Shown piece after piece: positions 36,483 to 45,930 of a DNA stretch of 64,000 nt. This DNA is from an uncultured Actinomycetes bacterium (GTDB lineage Bacteria > Actinomycetota > UBA4738 > HRBIN12), in the NCBI GenBank assembly GCA_963704885.1, contig CAVPIB010000004.1:800001-864000 (forward strand), read 5' to 3'. Numbering within the stretch: position 1 is the stretch's first letter; each line of letters starts with the position of its first letter. The position numbers and the translations under genes are program-made. Below the pieces are notes generated by a model. That model saw nothing but the letters and a program-made list of their open reading frames with translations, was not told the DNA's origin and did no database searches.

Positions 36483-39442
36483 GCGATCGCGAAGTTGATC
36501 CACGGACGCGTGGCGTCTGCGTTCCCGGCCGCATCGAGGGCACGGACCGTGATCGTGTAGTTGCCCGTCACGGAAGGCGTCCATGCGTAGGTCCATGAGG
36601 TAGGACTACCGCCGGGCAGAGAGAGCACGGCGCCAGGATTCCACGTGAACGACGTCACCCACGTTCCTGTGGAGGCCTTCCACCACTGCCCCGTGTCGCG
36701 ATCCTTGATCCCCACCCGCACATCGACCACGCCGACGTCGTCGGTGGCAGCGCCGGTGAAGATGATCGGTCCGAACGGGAGGATCTCGTTCCTCGCGACC
36801 GACGACACCGTGCCGTCGGGAGCCACGGTGTCGGGACCACCGAGATCGACCGTGATCCCCGTTTGAACCTGGCTGCTTCGATCTCCGACCAGGTCCACCG
36901 AGCGGGCTACGATCGCGTAGTTGCCAGTCGCAGGCGGCGACCACGACCATGACCACGACGTAGATGCGGCGCCCGGAGTCGCAGGCGTCACCGCGAACCA
37001 GGTCTGCGTGGAGGACCATGCCGAACCCATCCACCACTGCCCACTGCCCATGTGCTGGACGGCCGTCTCGAGCGAGGCCACGCCTGTGTCGTCGCTCGCC
37101 GTTCCGGCCACGCTGAGTGAAGCGAGGGGAACAACGGAGCCGTCGATCGGGTCATCGAGCGTGACCGTCGGCGGACCAGCATCACTGGTCAGCTTTCGGA
37201 CATGTATGTCCCGCGTCACATTCCCAGCGGTAAGGGTGTTGTTGCTATCGCGCGCACGAACTTCGACGTGATAATCGCCTCCGTACTGGGCGCCGGGGAA
37301 GGTCCAGGACCAGGTTACGTTCGTCGGGGACGCGCCGACGTAAGGAACGATGCTCCACGACTGGTTGGTCTTCCAAGTGCCGGTCGCCGGCTCCCACCAG
37401 CTGCCGGTGGCCTGGTCCTGGATCGCAAGCTCCACGTTGGCGATGAGCGCGTTATCGGACGCCGTCCCCGTGAACGTCACCGGCGAATCGATGAACGCGC
37501 CGTCCGCCGGGGCCGTGACGCTCAGGGTCGGCCGAGAGAACTCATAGGCGGGCTTCGGCGTCGCGGGGTCGAACACCTCGATCCGGTCGTTCGTGGCGTC
37601 GGCCACATAGAGCAGCCCGCCGGCGTCGACCGACAGACCGGACGGGTTCCGGAACTGATAGGGGTTCGTGCCGTAGCCGCCCCACTTGCCCGCGAAGGCC
37701 GGGGGTGTGGTCTTCGAGACGGTCGGGGGGACCGTGAACGCCTGGATGCGGGAGAGCGCGTCATCGCTCGTGTAGAGCATGCTGCCGATGATCGCGACGT
37801 CCGACAGGGCCTGGAACTGGCCGTTTCCCGAACCTTTGCTTCCGAAGCTCGCTAGCGCCGTTCCTCCCAGCGGCGGGAACACGGAGACCTTGTTGCCGGC
37901 GAGCGCCACGAAGACGTTCCCTGTGGCTTGGTCAACGACGACGCCGCGACTGTTCCCGGGGATGGTCCCAACCTGGGTTCCCGTCGATGCGTCGAGGATC
38001 TTCACGACGGGACTGTCGCCCGGGTACTGGTTGCCGACGTCCGTGACATAGGCGTAGCCGTTGCCGAATGCCACCGCTTGGGGTTTCTCGAAGAACCCAG
38101 GTTGTGCGCTTCGCCGGATGCTCTCGTCACCGATCTGGAACAGGAAGTTCGCCTGGTCGTCGTAGACGTAGATCGTCCCGGCCGCGAAGTTCGTCACCCA
38201 GACGCGACGGTTCACCGGGTCGAATCCGATGCCTCGGGGGTATTTGAGGCCGTAGGGAGCCGTGCTGCCGCGGAACCCCCACGAGCCCAGCAAGGTCCCG
38301 TCCTGTGCGAACTTCTGGAACCGCTCGTTCCAAGAATCGGCGACCCAGACGTTCCCGGTCGTCGTGTCCACAGCGACGTCGCGTGGTTGTCCGAGCTGAC
38401 CTGCAGGCGGTGCCGGCGACGGTGATGGGAACGTTCGGAGCGCCGTCCCATCCACGTCGAAGCATTGGATCCGATAGCCTCCGTACTCGCTGACGCAGAC
38501 GTTCCCGTCGGCGTCGAGCGCGAGCTGACGCGGTCCCAGCAGCTGACCGAGAGCGGTCCCCTGCCCACCGAAATGGAACAGTGGCACGCCTGCGGTCGTG
38601 TACACCTCGATCTGCGACTGTATGGAGTCGACCACGTAGACGCGGTCGATCGCGTCGTCAACGAGGACGCTCCTCAGGTCACCCGACAAAGCGCCGACCG
38701 TGTCCGAGTCCCCTGCGGATCCGAACGACCCCCAGTAGGACCCGTCCGGTCCGATCATCTGGATGCGGCGATTGATCGAGTCCGAGATGTAGATCCGCCC
38801 CGTGGAGGCGACGTCGATCCCATAGGCCTGCGTCGGAAGCTGCTGGGGGAACAGGAGAGGGAGCGACCACAGTTGGGAGGTGCCGCCCGGCGCGAGCTTG
38901 ATAAGTCGCGCCGGATGGGTCGCGCTGCTCGCGAGGCTGCTGTCGAGCACGTAGATCGATCCGTCGTCGCCGACGGTCAGCCATCCTGTGTAGGTCTGAG
39001 CCGGAACGCCGCCTGGGTCGACCGCGATGTCCGGCAACCGGTTGCCCTGCGCGTCGTAGTGAGCGATGGTGTCTGGTTTCGGCTTGGCGACGTAGGTGTC
39101 GCCGTTGGTCGGATCGACTGCTACGGCGGCCAGGACCGATTCGGGGTCGCCGTTGGCACCGGTGGGCTGGGGCAGGTCGCGGACATACGTTCCGTCATCC
39201 GCGTACACGCGGAGCTGGTAGTTCAGATAGTCGGACACGATGAACTCGTCGCTGAAGCCGTTGTAGGCCATCCCCCAAGGGAAGAGGGCGGCCCTACCAG
39301 TGCCGGCGATCGTGCGAACGAGCGAGGGCGTCGCGAACGCCGCGTTCGCAGGACCGGCGGGAAGCGCAAGTAGTGGTAGCGAGATCGACAGCCCGACGAG
39401 CGCTCGCGCTACGCCTCTGCGGATGGTTGTGGATGTGTTCAT
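36479..39442 (-). CDS. Secreted NHL-repeat double beta-propeller + 3 Trp-rich Ig-like domains (NHL-A)
   Basis: Signal ending ANA; repeated G.G.GQ...PR..AVD...VWVAD..N.R.Q.F; three G.A.D..GV..V...I...G.WW modules. Confidence 0.85.
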   Translation of the reverse strand: MNTSTTIRRGVARALVGLSISLPLLALPAGPANAAFATPSLVRTIAGTGRAALFPWGMAYNGFSDEFIVSDYLNYQLRVYADDGTYVRDLPQPTGANGDPESVLAAVAVDPTNGDTYVAKPKPDTIAHYDAQGNRLPDIAVDPGGVPAQTYTGWLTVGDDGSIYVLDSSLASSATHPARLIKLAPGGTSQLWSLPLLFPQQLPTQAYGIDVASTGRIYISDSINRRIQMIGPDGSYWGSFGSAGDSDTVGALSGDLRSVLVDDAIDRVYVVDSIQSQIEVYTTAGVPLFHFGGQGTALGQLLGPRQLALDADGNVCVSEYGGYRIQCFDVDGTALRTFPSPSPAPPAGQLGQPRDVAVDTTTGNVWVADSWNERFQKFAQDGTLLGSWGFRGSTAPYGLKYPRGIGFDPVNRRVWVTNFAAGTIYVYDDQANFLFQIGDESIRRSAQPGFFEKPQAVAFGNGYAYVTDVGNQYPGDSPVVKILDASTGTQVGTIPGNSRGVVVDQATGNVFVALAGNKVSVFPPLGGTALASFGSKGSGNGQFQALSDVAIIGSMLYTSDDALSRIQAFTVPPTVSKTTPPAFAGKWGGYGTNPYQFRNPSGLSVDAGGLLYVADATNDRIEVFDPATPKPAYEFSRPTLSVTAPADGAFIDSPVTFTGTASDNALIANVELAIQDQATGSWWEPATGTWKTNQSWSIVPYVGASPTNVTWSWTFPGAQYGGDYHVEVRARDSNNTLTAGNVTRDIHVRKLTSDAGPPTVTLDDPIDGSVVPLASLSVAGTASDDTGVASLETAVQHMGSGQWWMGSAWSSTQTWFAVTPATPGAASTSWSWSWSPPATGNYAIVARSVDLVGDRSSQVQTGITVDLGGPDTVAPDGTVSSVARNEILPFGPIIFTGAATDDVGVVDVRVGIKDRDTGQWWKASTGTWVTSFTWNPGAVLSLPGGSPTSWTYAWTPSVTGNYTITVRALDAAGNADATRPWINFAIA

Positions 39443-39568
39443 GCCTGACACGCCCGATCGACGGTCCCGGAAGGAGACATCGTGGATTTGGGACCGATCT
39501 GCCCATCGAGCGTAAACGGTCCCCCTTCGGTCGACCATCGGCCGATAGGCTAAACCGTAGGACCTAGG

Positions 39569-41158
39569 CTATGCCTCTTCGGTGGAGGAACGCAGCCTCC
39601 GAAGATCGGGCAACCGTAGGGCCGATCCGACCGCTGCGAACACCCCGAGGCCCACCAGCCCCACGAGGCCGGTTTCGAGCAAGAGCTGCCACCGGGGCTG
39701 GGGGACACCCAGATCGAAGAGCTTGTAGCCGACGAGGAGCGCGCCAGTTGACGCCAGGGCCGCCGCCGTCAACGGTATGGCGAGCTCTCTCATCCCAGTC
39801 GACCGGATCCCAAGGTCATGTCTCAGGTGATACCAAGCGTGACCGACGTTCACGTACTGCGCGAGCGAATAGGCCGCGGCGACACCGATCACCGCGTACG
39901 GATCATGTCGCCCGAACGGGAGCATGCAGATAGGGATCAGCGCCAGGTTGGCGAGGACGCCGTAAACCGTGTTGCGCAACGGCGTGCGGGTATCCAGCCG
40001 GGCGAAGAAAGGCGCCAGCATCCCTCGCTGGACTCCCGAACCGATGATGCTCGCCGAGTAGACGGCAAGCGCGTAGCCGAGGATCGCCGCATCCTCGCTC
40101 GAGAAGCTTCCTCGGTGGAAGAGCGCACGGACCGCGGGCTCCGCCAAGACCGCCATCAGCACGGTCAATGCGACCGAGACCACCAGCAGGATGCGGATGC
40201 CGAGCCTCGTCGTCGATCGGATCGCGCGCTCGTCCTTCTGCGCCGTCACCTTCGTGAGCCGCGGCAGGAGAACGACCATCACCGAGCGGAACAGCACGGT
40301 GCCACCGATGGCTGAGATCAGGCGGTACCCGTAGTTGAGGATCGTGATGGACCCAGCGGGCAAGAAGGAAACGAAGAGTTGCTCGCCGACACGCGCGAGC
40401 GGGTTCAGTCCTGCCCCGAGCAGCGGTCGCACGCATAGCCCGCCGACCGAGATCACCTCCGGGTCGCGGATCCGTGCGCTGGCGCGGAACCGGAACCCCT
40501 TGCGGATCGCGATGAACGCCATGAAGACCAGCTGAGTGAGCGCCCCTGCCGCGTAGGCCCACACGATCACATGGACGTTGCTATCGCCCCGCCAAAGGAT
40601 CGCGCCGGCGGCGAGGCCGTTCATCACAACGTTCATGGCGGCGGGCGCCACGAACGAGTGAAAGGCGTTCAGGAGGGCACGAAGGACCTCCGCGAGCGCC
40701 ACGAGCGGCACGACGATGAACATCACCCGGGCGAGCGAGGCCGCCAGGTCCACCTCCGCCGCCGAGAGGCCGGGCGCCGTCACGCGCATCAACGGCCAGG
40801 CCAGCAGGCCCCCGACGAGGGCGATCCCCCCAGCGACGATCAAGGTCGCCGTCAACAACAGCGAGGTCAGCCGCCAAGTCTCCAGTCGGTCCTTGCGGAC
40901 GAGCCAGGTGGAGATGGCCGGCACCAGCGCCTGGTTCGCGCCGACCATGACGATCGCGACGAGCCCAAGCGGGATCCGAGCGGCCACGAAGAACGCGTCC
41001 GTGGAACTTCCGGCGCCGAAGGTCGCCGCGATCGCGACATCGAGGACGAGCCCGGAGAGGACCGATGCCGCAGCCGCGACGCTCGTCGTGCCGGACTGGC
41101 GGATGACGTCGCGCGTGGTGCGCTTCGGCCTGGACGCCTCGGGATCGCTCTCGCTCAG
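39569..41158 (-). CDS. murJ: MurJ/MviN-type lipid-linked saccharide flippase
   Basis: AATFGAG..TDAFFVA.RIP, S.L..GSIT.LNY..RL, LF.RG.F...DA and FFAR.DTRTP; many TM helices. The frame stays open to a CTG at 41158. Confidence 0.88.
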   Translation of the reverse strand: MSESDPEASRPKRTTRDVIRQSGTTSVAAAASVLSGLVLDVAIAATFGAGSSTDAFFVAARIPLGLVAIVMVGANQALVPAISTWLVRKDRLETWRLTSLLLTATLIVAGGIALVGGLLAWPLMRVTAPGLSAAEVDLAASLARVMFIVVPLVALAEVLRALLNAFHSFVAPAAMNVVMNGLAAGAILWRGDSNVHVIVWAYAAGALTQLVFMAFIAIRKGFRFRASARIRDPEVISVGGLCVRPLLGAGLNPLARVGEQLFVSFLPAGSITILNYGYRLISAIGGTVLFRSVMVVLLPRLTKVTAQKDERAIRSTTRLGIRILLVVSVALTVLMAVLAEPAVRALFHRGSFSSEDAAILGYALAVYSASIIGSGVQRGMLAPFFARLDTRTPLRNTVYGVLANLALIPICMLPFGRHDPYAVIGVAAAYSLAQYVNVGHAWYHLRHDLGIRSTGMRELAIPLTAAALASTGALLVGYKLFDLGVPQPRWQLLLETGLVGLVGLGVFAAVGSALRLPDLRRLRSSTEEA

Positions 41159-41248
41159 TGGGATCGCCTTCGGATCGGGTTCCGGGTCAGCCTACGGTCT
41201 GGACTTGGCTACGTGTCGCAAGGCTGGAGTGCGTTCGACCTGACAACA

Positions 41249-41276
41249 CGGAAGCGGGCCCGAAGGCCCGCTTCCG
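41249..41276 (-). terminator. Intrinsic terminator after NHL-B
   Basis: cggaagcgggcc-cgaa-ggcccgcttccg. Confidence 0.75.
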
Positions 41277-41298
41277 TTCTCGCCCTCGCCTTCGAGGC

Positions 41299-44200
41299 TC
41301 AGGTTATGTTGAAGCTACGCCAGATGCTGTTGGCACCCAGGTTGCCCGCCGCATCGACGGCCCGGACCTGGAGCCCGTAGTTACCGGTCGACGGTGGTGT
41401 GAACGTGTAGCTCCACCCCGTGGAGGTTCCGCCCGGGTTGTCGAGCGTCGCGAACACGTAGGTGTACGGACCGAACGATGAGCCGTTCCACCATGTGGTG
41501 GTCGGGTTCAGCCGGATGGCGACCCGAACCAGGGTGACCCCGACGTCGTCGGTGGCCGTCCCTTCGATCGTGACGGTCGTGGACGTGCTCGAACCACCCG
41601 CCGGAGACGTCACGACGGCCTGCCCGGGGTTGGTCGTGTCAGACGGACCTCCCGTGCTGACGCTGAAGCTCCGCCACGTGCTGTTGGCACCCACGTTGGC
41701 CGCCGCATCGACCGCCCGGGTCTGCAACCCGAAGCTGCCCGAGGCCGGCGGTGCGAACGTGTAGCTCCACCCCGTGGTGGTCCCGCCGGGGTTGTCGAGC
41801 GTCGCGAGCACGTAGGTGTACGTACCGAACGATGAGCCGTTCCACCATGTCGTGGTCGGGTTCAGCCGGATGGCGACCCGAACCTCGGTGACTCCGACGT
41901 TGTCGCTCGCCGTCCCGGTGATCGTGAGGGGCGACGGGCCGCTCGAACCACCCGCCGGCGACGTCACGACGGTCTGGTCGGGGTCGGTCGTGTCGGCCGA
42001 ACCGAACGTCGAGAACCCGACCGGCCCAGCCGGCGACGGGTCGGCGACGAACGACGTGTCGACCGCTGTTGCGGTCACCGTGTACGCCCCGTTCGACGGC
42101 GCGATGAAGCTGTACGACCAGTTGGTCGCCGCCGCACCCGGACTCGCCAGGGTGGCGTTCACCGACGCGTCGAGGGTCGACCAGCCGGAGCCGGTCCAGT
42201 ACTCGCCCCCGCCGTTCACTATCCGAACCTGCACGGAATCCACCGCGATGTTGTCTGTGGCCGACCCGGTGATGGACACCGGTCCGGTCGGGAACGACTC
42301 ACCCTCGGTCGGCGTGCTCAGCACCGTATCCGGCGCCACGGTATCCGGCGGGCTCGAGGTCACAGTGAAGTCGACGTTGGGCATGGAGTTGTCGGTGTTG
42401 CCCGCCCCGTCACGCGCCTGCACCAGGATCCGGTAGTTACCGGCCGCGCGTGGCGTCCATGGCCACGTCCACCCGGTGGACAGACCCCCCGGTGTGTCCA
42501 GGGTGGTTTCGAACCACGCGAACCCTGTGCTGAATCCGGAGCCCGTCGCGGAGCCGTTCCACCACCGTCCGTCGGAAAGTCGCCTCAACGCGACACGCAC
42601 CGAGGTGACGCCGACGTTGTCCGTCGCCTGTCCCGCGAACTCAACGGTCGTGTAGGGGAGCTGAGCGCCCACCGTCGGGAAGGTCAGCGTCCCGTCCGGC
42701 CGCGTCGTGTCCAAGGCGGGAGGCGGAGGAGGAGGCGGCGGCGTGGTCCCCGGCATCCCGAACGTTCTCTGAGCGAACTGGCTCAGGTTCCCGTTGAAGT
42801 CCCGGGTCTTGACCTGGAGCAGGTACACACCTCCCGCGCTCACTCCGGTGAACGTGTATCGCCAGTTCACGAACGTGGCAGGGGCATTGTTGCTTGTCCA
42901 CCCCGCCAGGATCGACCGGCTGTTCGCCGTCTCCCAAGACGAGTTAGAGGGGTTCCACCATTTGCCGGTGTTCATATCCTGGATAGAGAGCTCGACGTTC
43001 CCGATAGCTGTGTTGTCCGTGGCCGTTCCCGTCATGTTCACCGGGTTCAACGGCTGGACGCTCTGGTTCGCCGGAGTGTTTATCGCCGGCGTTGGCGGAT
43101 TCGTCGGGTCCGTCAGCTTGGGCAGGTTGGGGTCGAAGACCTGGATCCGGTCGTTGCCCGAATCCGTCACGTACAGACGACCTTGGGCGTCGGCGTCGAT
43201 ACCGGATGGTCCGCGGAAATCGTACGACCCGTCGCCGTAGGTCGAGCCCCACTTGCCGAGGAAGTTGCCGGACAGGTCGAATGCCTGGATCCTAGAGGCG
43301 GCCTCGTCCGTCACGTACAAGACGTTGTTCGTGATGACGCCATCGGACCCGTCGCGGAACTGGCCGTCGCCGGTGCCCGCCGACCCGAACTGGGACAACT
43401 TAGTCCCGGCCTGGTCGTAGACATCGATTCGGTCATTCGATGGGTTGACCACGTAGATGTTGCCGGTGGCCGGATCGACCGCCGTCCCATGGTTCGCGTT
43501 CGGGATCATCAAGAGCTCTTGGAACGTCGTAGCGTTGAAGATCTTCACGCTCGCAGCCATCCGGTCACCGATGATGGCGACGCGTGTGCCGTCGGTCCGC
43601 GTGAAGAACTCGATGTCGACCGGCCAGCGGAAGTGACCCGGGTCTGTATCGTCGCTGCCGATCAGGCCGATCTGCGTCACGTAGGTCGGAGCCGCGGCGT
43701 TGCTCGTCGGGTAGTTGTAGACCTGGATATGGTGTCCCCGTTCGTTCGCTAGCCAGATCCGCCGGCTAACGGGGTCGATCGCGATGCTCCGCGGGTAGTT
43801 CATGTTGAACGGCCCGCCGGGACCGCGCTCGCCCCACGTACCGATGAGGGCCCCCGTGGAGGAGAACCGGTCGAAACGCTGAGCCCACGCGTCGGCGACC
43901 CAGACATCACCGGTGAGGTCGTCGACCGCGGCGTCCCGCGGCTGAGCCAGCAGCCCTGCCGGAGGCTTGCGCGGCGGGGCGGGAGCGGTCAGCAAGGGCG
44001 TGCCGTTGGCGGTGTACTTCTCGGTCTCGAACCCGCCGAAGTCAGGCACCCAGACGTTCCCGCTCCCGTCGATGTCGATCTGGCGACCACCACCCGCGAA
44101 CTGACCCGGGCCGTTGCCTTCACTCCCGAAGGAGAACAGGTAGTTCCCGTCCAGGTCGAAGACGTCGACATTCGAGAACTGGGCGTCGACCAGGTAGACG

Positions 44201-45048
44201 CGGTCGAGGTCCTCGTTGATAACGACCCCTCGGTTGTCTCCGCCGGTTTGGGTCTGGCCGAACGTCTGGAGGAGGTTCCCCGTCTCGTCGTAGATGTACG
44301 CGCGGCGGTTCCAGGCGTCCGAGAGGTAGACCCGGTTATCGTTGCCGACGTCGATGCCGTAGAGGCGCGGCGTCGTGTCGTCGGTCGTCCCCGGCGGGAG
44401 GACATCCCATTCGGAGATGAGGGTCACGTTCTGCGTCGCATCGTCGAAGTGGTAGCGAAGGACCCGCGGAGGGATCGTCGTGTCGTGCGTGAAGTGGCTG
44501 TCGAGCATCCAGACGTCGCCCGTGTCCTCCTCGACAGTGAGCCACACCGTGTAGAAGGCGCAGATCGTGGTCGAAGGGGTAGCGTTGCAGGTCCTTCCGA
44601 CCGTCGTTCCCCCGTTGTTCTGCTTCGCGTACATGAAGTTCCCGTCCTTGTCGTACTTCGCGATCCCGACAGTGATGGGGTTGTCCTTCAGCTCGGCTAC
44701 GTAGATGCTTCCGTCGCTCGGGTCCACACCGATCGTGTAAGGCTGTCCTAGGGCATCGTTCCTCCAGAAGTCGCCCAGGTGGTTCCCGTTCGTGTCGTAC
44801 CGGCGGACCTGGAAGTTGAGGTAGTCACCGACCAGGACCTCGTTGGTCACGGGGTTCCACTGGACGCCCCACGAGAAGACCCCGGGTCGCCCGCTGCCTC
44901 CGATCGTCCTTTCGAAGCGCGGCGGGAATGACGCGGCGGATGCCGGCGCCGTCGGTACCAGCACGAGCACCGTGCTGGCGATCAGCGCGAGGGCGACCAG
45001 AGTCACCCCGGGGCGTCTGTGCGGTCCGTCGTTACGTTTCATGTGCAC
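41299..45048 (-). CDS. Secreted NHL-repeat double beta-propeller + 5 Ig-like domains (NHL-B)
   Basis: RBS aggagg; signal ending ASA; NHL repeats; five D..P...P modules with WWN/YWT motifs. Confidence 0.87.
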   Translation of the reverse strand: MHMKRNDGPHRRPGVTLVALALIASTVLVLVPTAPASAASFPPRFERTIGGSGRPGVFSWGVQWNPVTNEVLVGDYLNFQVRRYDTNGNHLGDFWRNDALGQPYTIGVDPSDGSIYVAELKDNPITVGIAKYDKDGNFMYAKQNNGGTTVGRTCNATPSTTICAFYTVWLTVEEDTGDVWMLDSHFTHDTTIPPRVLRYHFDDATQNVTLISEWDVLPPGTTDDTTPRLYGIDVGNDNRVYLSDAWNRRAYIYDETGNLLQTFGQTQTGGDNRGVVINEDLDRVYLVDAQFSNVDVFDLDGNYLFSFGSEGNGPGQFAGGGRQIDIDGSGNVWVPDFGGFETEKYTANGTPLLTAPAPPRKPPAGLLAQPRDAAVDDLTGDVWVADAWAQRFDRFSSTGALIGTWGERGPGGPFNMNYPRSIAIDPVSRRIWLANERGHHIQVYNYPTSNAAAPTYVTQIGLIGSDDTDPGHFRWPVDIEFFTRTDGTRVAIIGDRMAASVKIFNATTFQELLMIPNANHGTAVDPATGNIYVVNPSNDRIDVYDQAGTKLSQFGSAGTGDGQFRDGSDGVITNNVLYVTDEAASRIQAFDLSGNFLGKWGSTYGDGSYDFRGPSGIDADAQGRLYVTDSGNDRIQVFDPNLPKLTDPTNPPTPAINTPANQSVQPLNPVNMTGTATDNTAIGNVELSIQDMNTGKWWNPSNSSWETANSRSILAGWTSNNAPATFVNWRYTFTGVSAGGVYLLQVKTRDFNGNLSQFAQRTFGMPGTTPPPPPPPPALDTTRPDGTLTFPTVGAQLPYTTVEFAGQATDNVGVTSVRVALRRLSDGRWWNGSATGSGFSTGFAWFETTLDTPGGLSTGWTWPWTPRAAGNYRILVQARDGAGNTDNSMPNVDFTVTSSPPDTVAPDTVLSTPTEGESFPTGPVSITGSATDNIAVDSVQVRIVNGGGEYWTGSGWSTLDASVNATLASPGAAATNWSYSFIAPSNGAYTVTATAVDTSFVADPSPAGPVGFSTFGSADTTDPDQTVVTSPAGGSSGPSPLTITGTASDNVGVTEVRVAIRLNPTTTWWNGSSFGTYTYVLATLDNPGGTTTGWSYTFAPPASGSFGLQTRAVDAAANVGANSTWRSFSVSTGGPSDTTNPGQAVVTSPAGGSSTSTTVTIEGTATDDVGVTLVRVAIRLNPTTTWWNGSSFGPYTYVFATLDNPGGTSTGWSYTFTPPSTGNYGLQVRAVDAAGNLGANSIWRSFNIT

Positions 45049-45069
45049 CTTTCCTCCTGATGATGCTAG

Positions 45070-45519
45070 CTAGCTGGCCACGACAGCGAACTCTTGGACC
45101 CGCTCGCCATTCATCTCGACTACGTACAGCGAAGTTCCCAACGGGGACAGGTCCATGCCCCACGGGAAGTTGAACCGTCCCAAAGTCATCCCCGGGCCAC
45201 CGAAGGCCCGACGAACGTCCCATCCTTCCTCCAGAGGGCGGCCCGACCGGTGCCGGCGATCGTGCGAACGGGCGAGGGGACGCGAACGCCGCATCCGCGG
45301 GACCGGCAGGAAGCGTGAGTAGCGGTAGCGGGCTCGAGAGCCCGACGAGCGCTCGCGCTACGCCTCTGCGGATGGATCTGGATATCTTCATTCCCGGCAG
45401 GCCCCACCGACGGTCCCGGAGGGAGGAAGGCAACGCGAACTGGGACCGATCTGCTATCGAGCGTATCCGGTCCTCATCCGGACAACAATCGGCCGATGGG
45501 CTAGACCTTAAGACTTAGG
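45070..45519 (-). pseudogene. Chimeric remnant: 5' end and promoter of NHL-A fused to the 3' end of NHL-D
   Basis: 45070..45234 matches 49385..49551 and 45232..45519 matches 39283..39568; the junction has an aga microhomology. Confidence 0.88.
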
Positions 45520-45788
45520 TCATGCCTCTTCGGTGGAGGAACGCAGCCTCCGAAGATAGGGCGACCGTAGGCCGACCCGACCGCAGCGAACACCCCGAGA
45601 CCAACTAGTCCAAGGAGGCCGGCTTCAAGCAAGAACGGCCGGCGCCGTAGGTCGCTGCGATCGCGACATCGAGGACGAGCCCGGAGAGGACCGATGCCGC
45701 AGCCGCGACGCTCGTCGTGCCGGACTGGCGGATCACGTCGCGCGTGGTGCGCTTGGGCCTGGGCGCCTCGGGATCGCTCTCGCTCAGT
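45520..45788 (-). pseudogene. Internally deleted murJ remnant
   Basis: 45520..45638 matches the murJ 3' end (39569..39690) and 45639..45870 matches the murJ 5' end and leader (41009..41240); about 1.3 kb is missing. Confidence 0.9.
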
Positions 45789-45878
45789 GGGATCGCCTTC
45801 GGATCGGGTTCCGGGTCAGCCTACGGTCTGGACTTGGCTACGTGTCGCAAGGCCGGGGTGCGTTCGACCTGGGAACGG

Positions 45879-45904
45879 GAGAGCGGGCCCGAAGGCCCGC
45901 TCTC
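45879..45904 (-). terminator. Intrinsic terminator after NHL-C
   Basis: gagagcgggcc-cgaa-ggcccgctctc, a paralog of 41249..41276 with compensatory stem changes. Confidence 0.75.
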
Positions 45905-45930
45905 GCTCTCGCCCGCCTCGCCTTCCGAGG

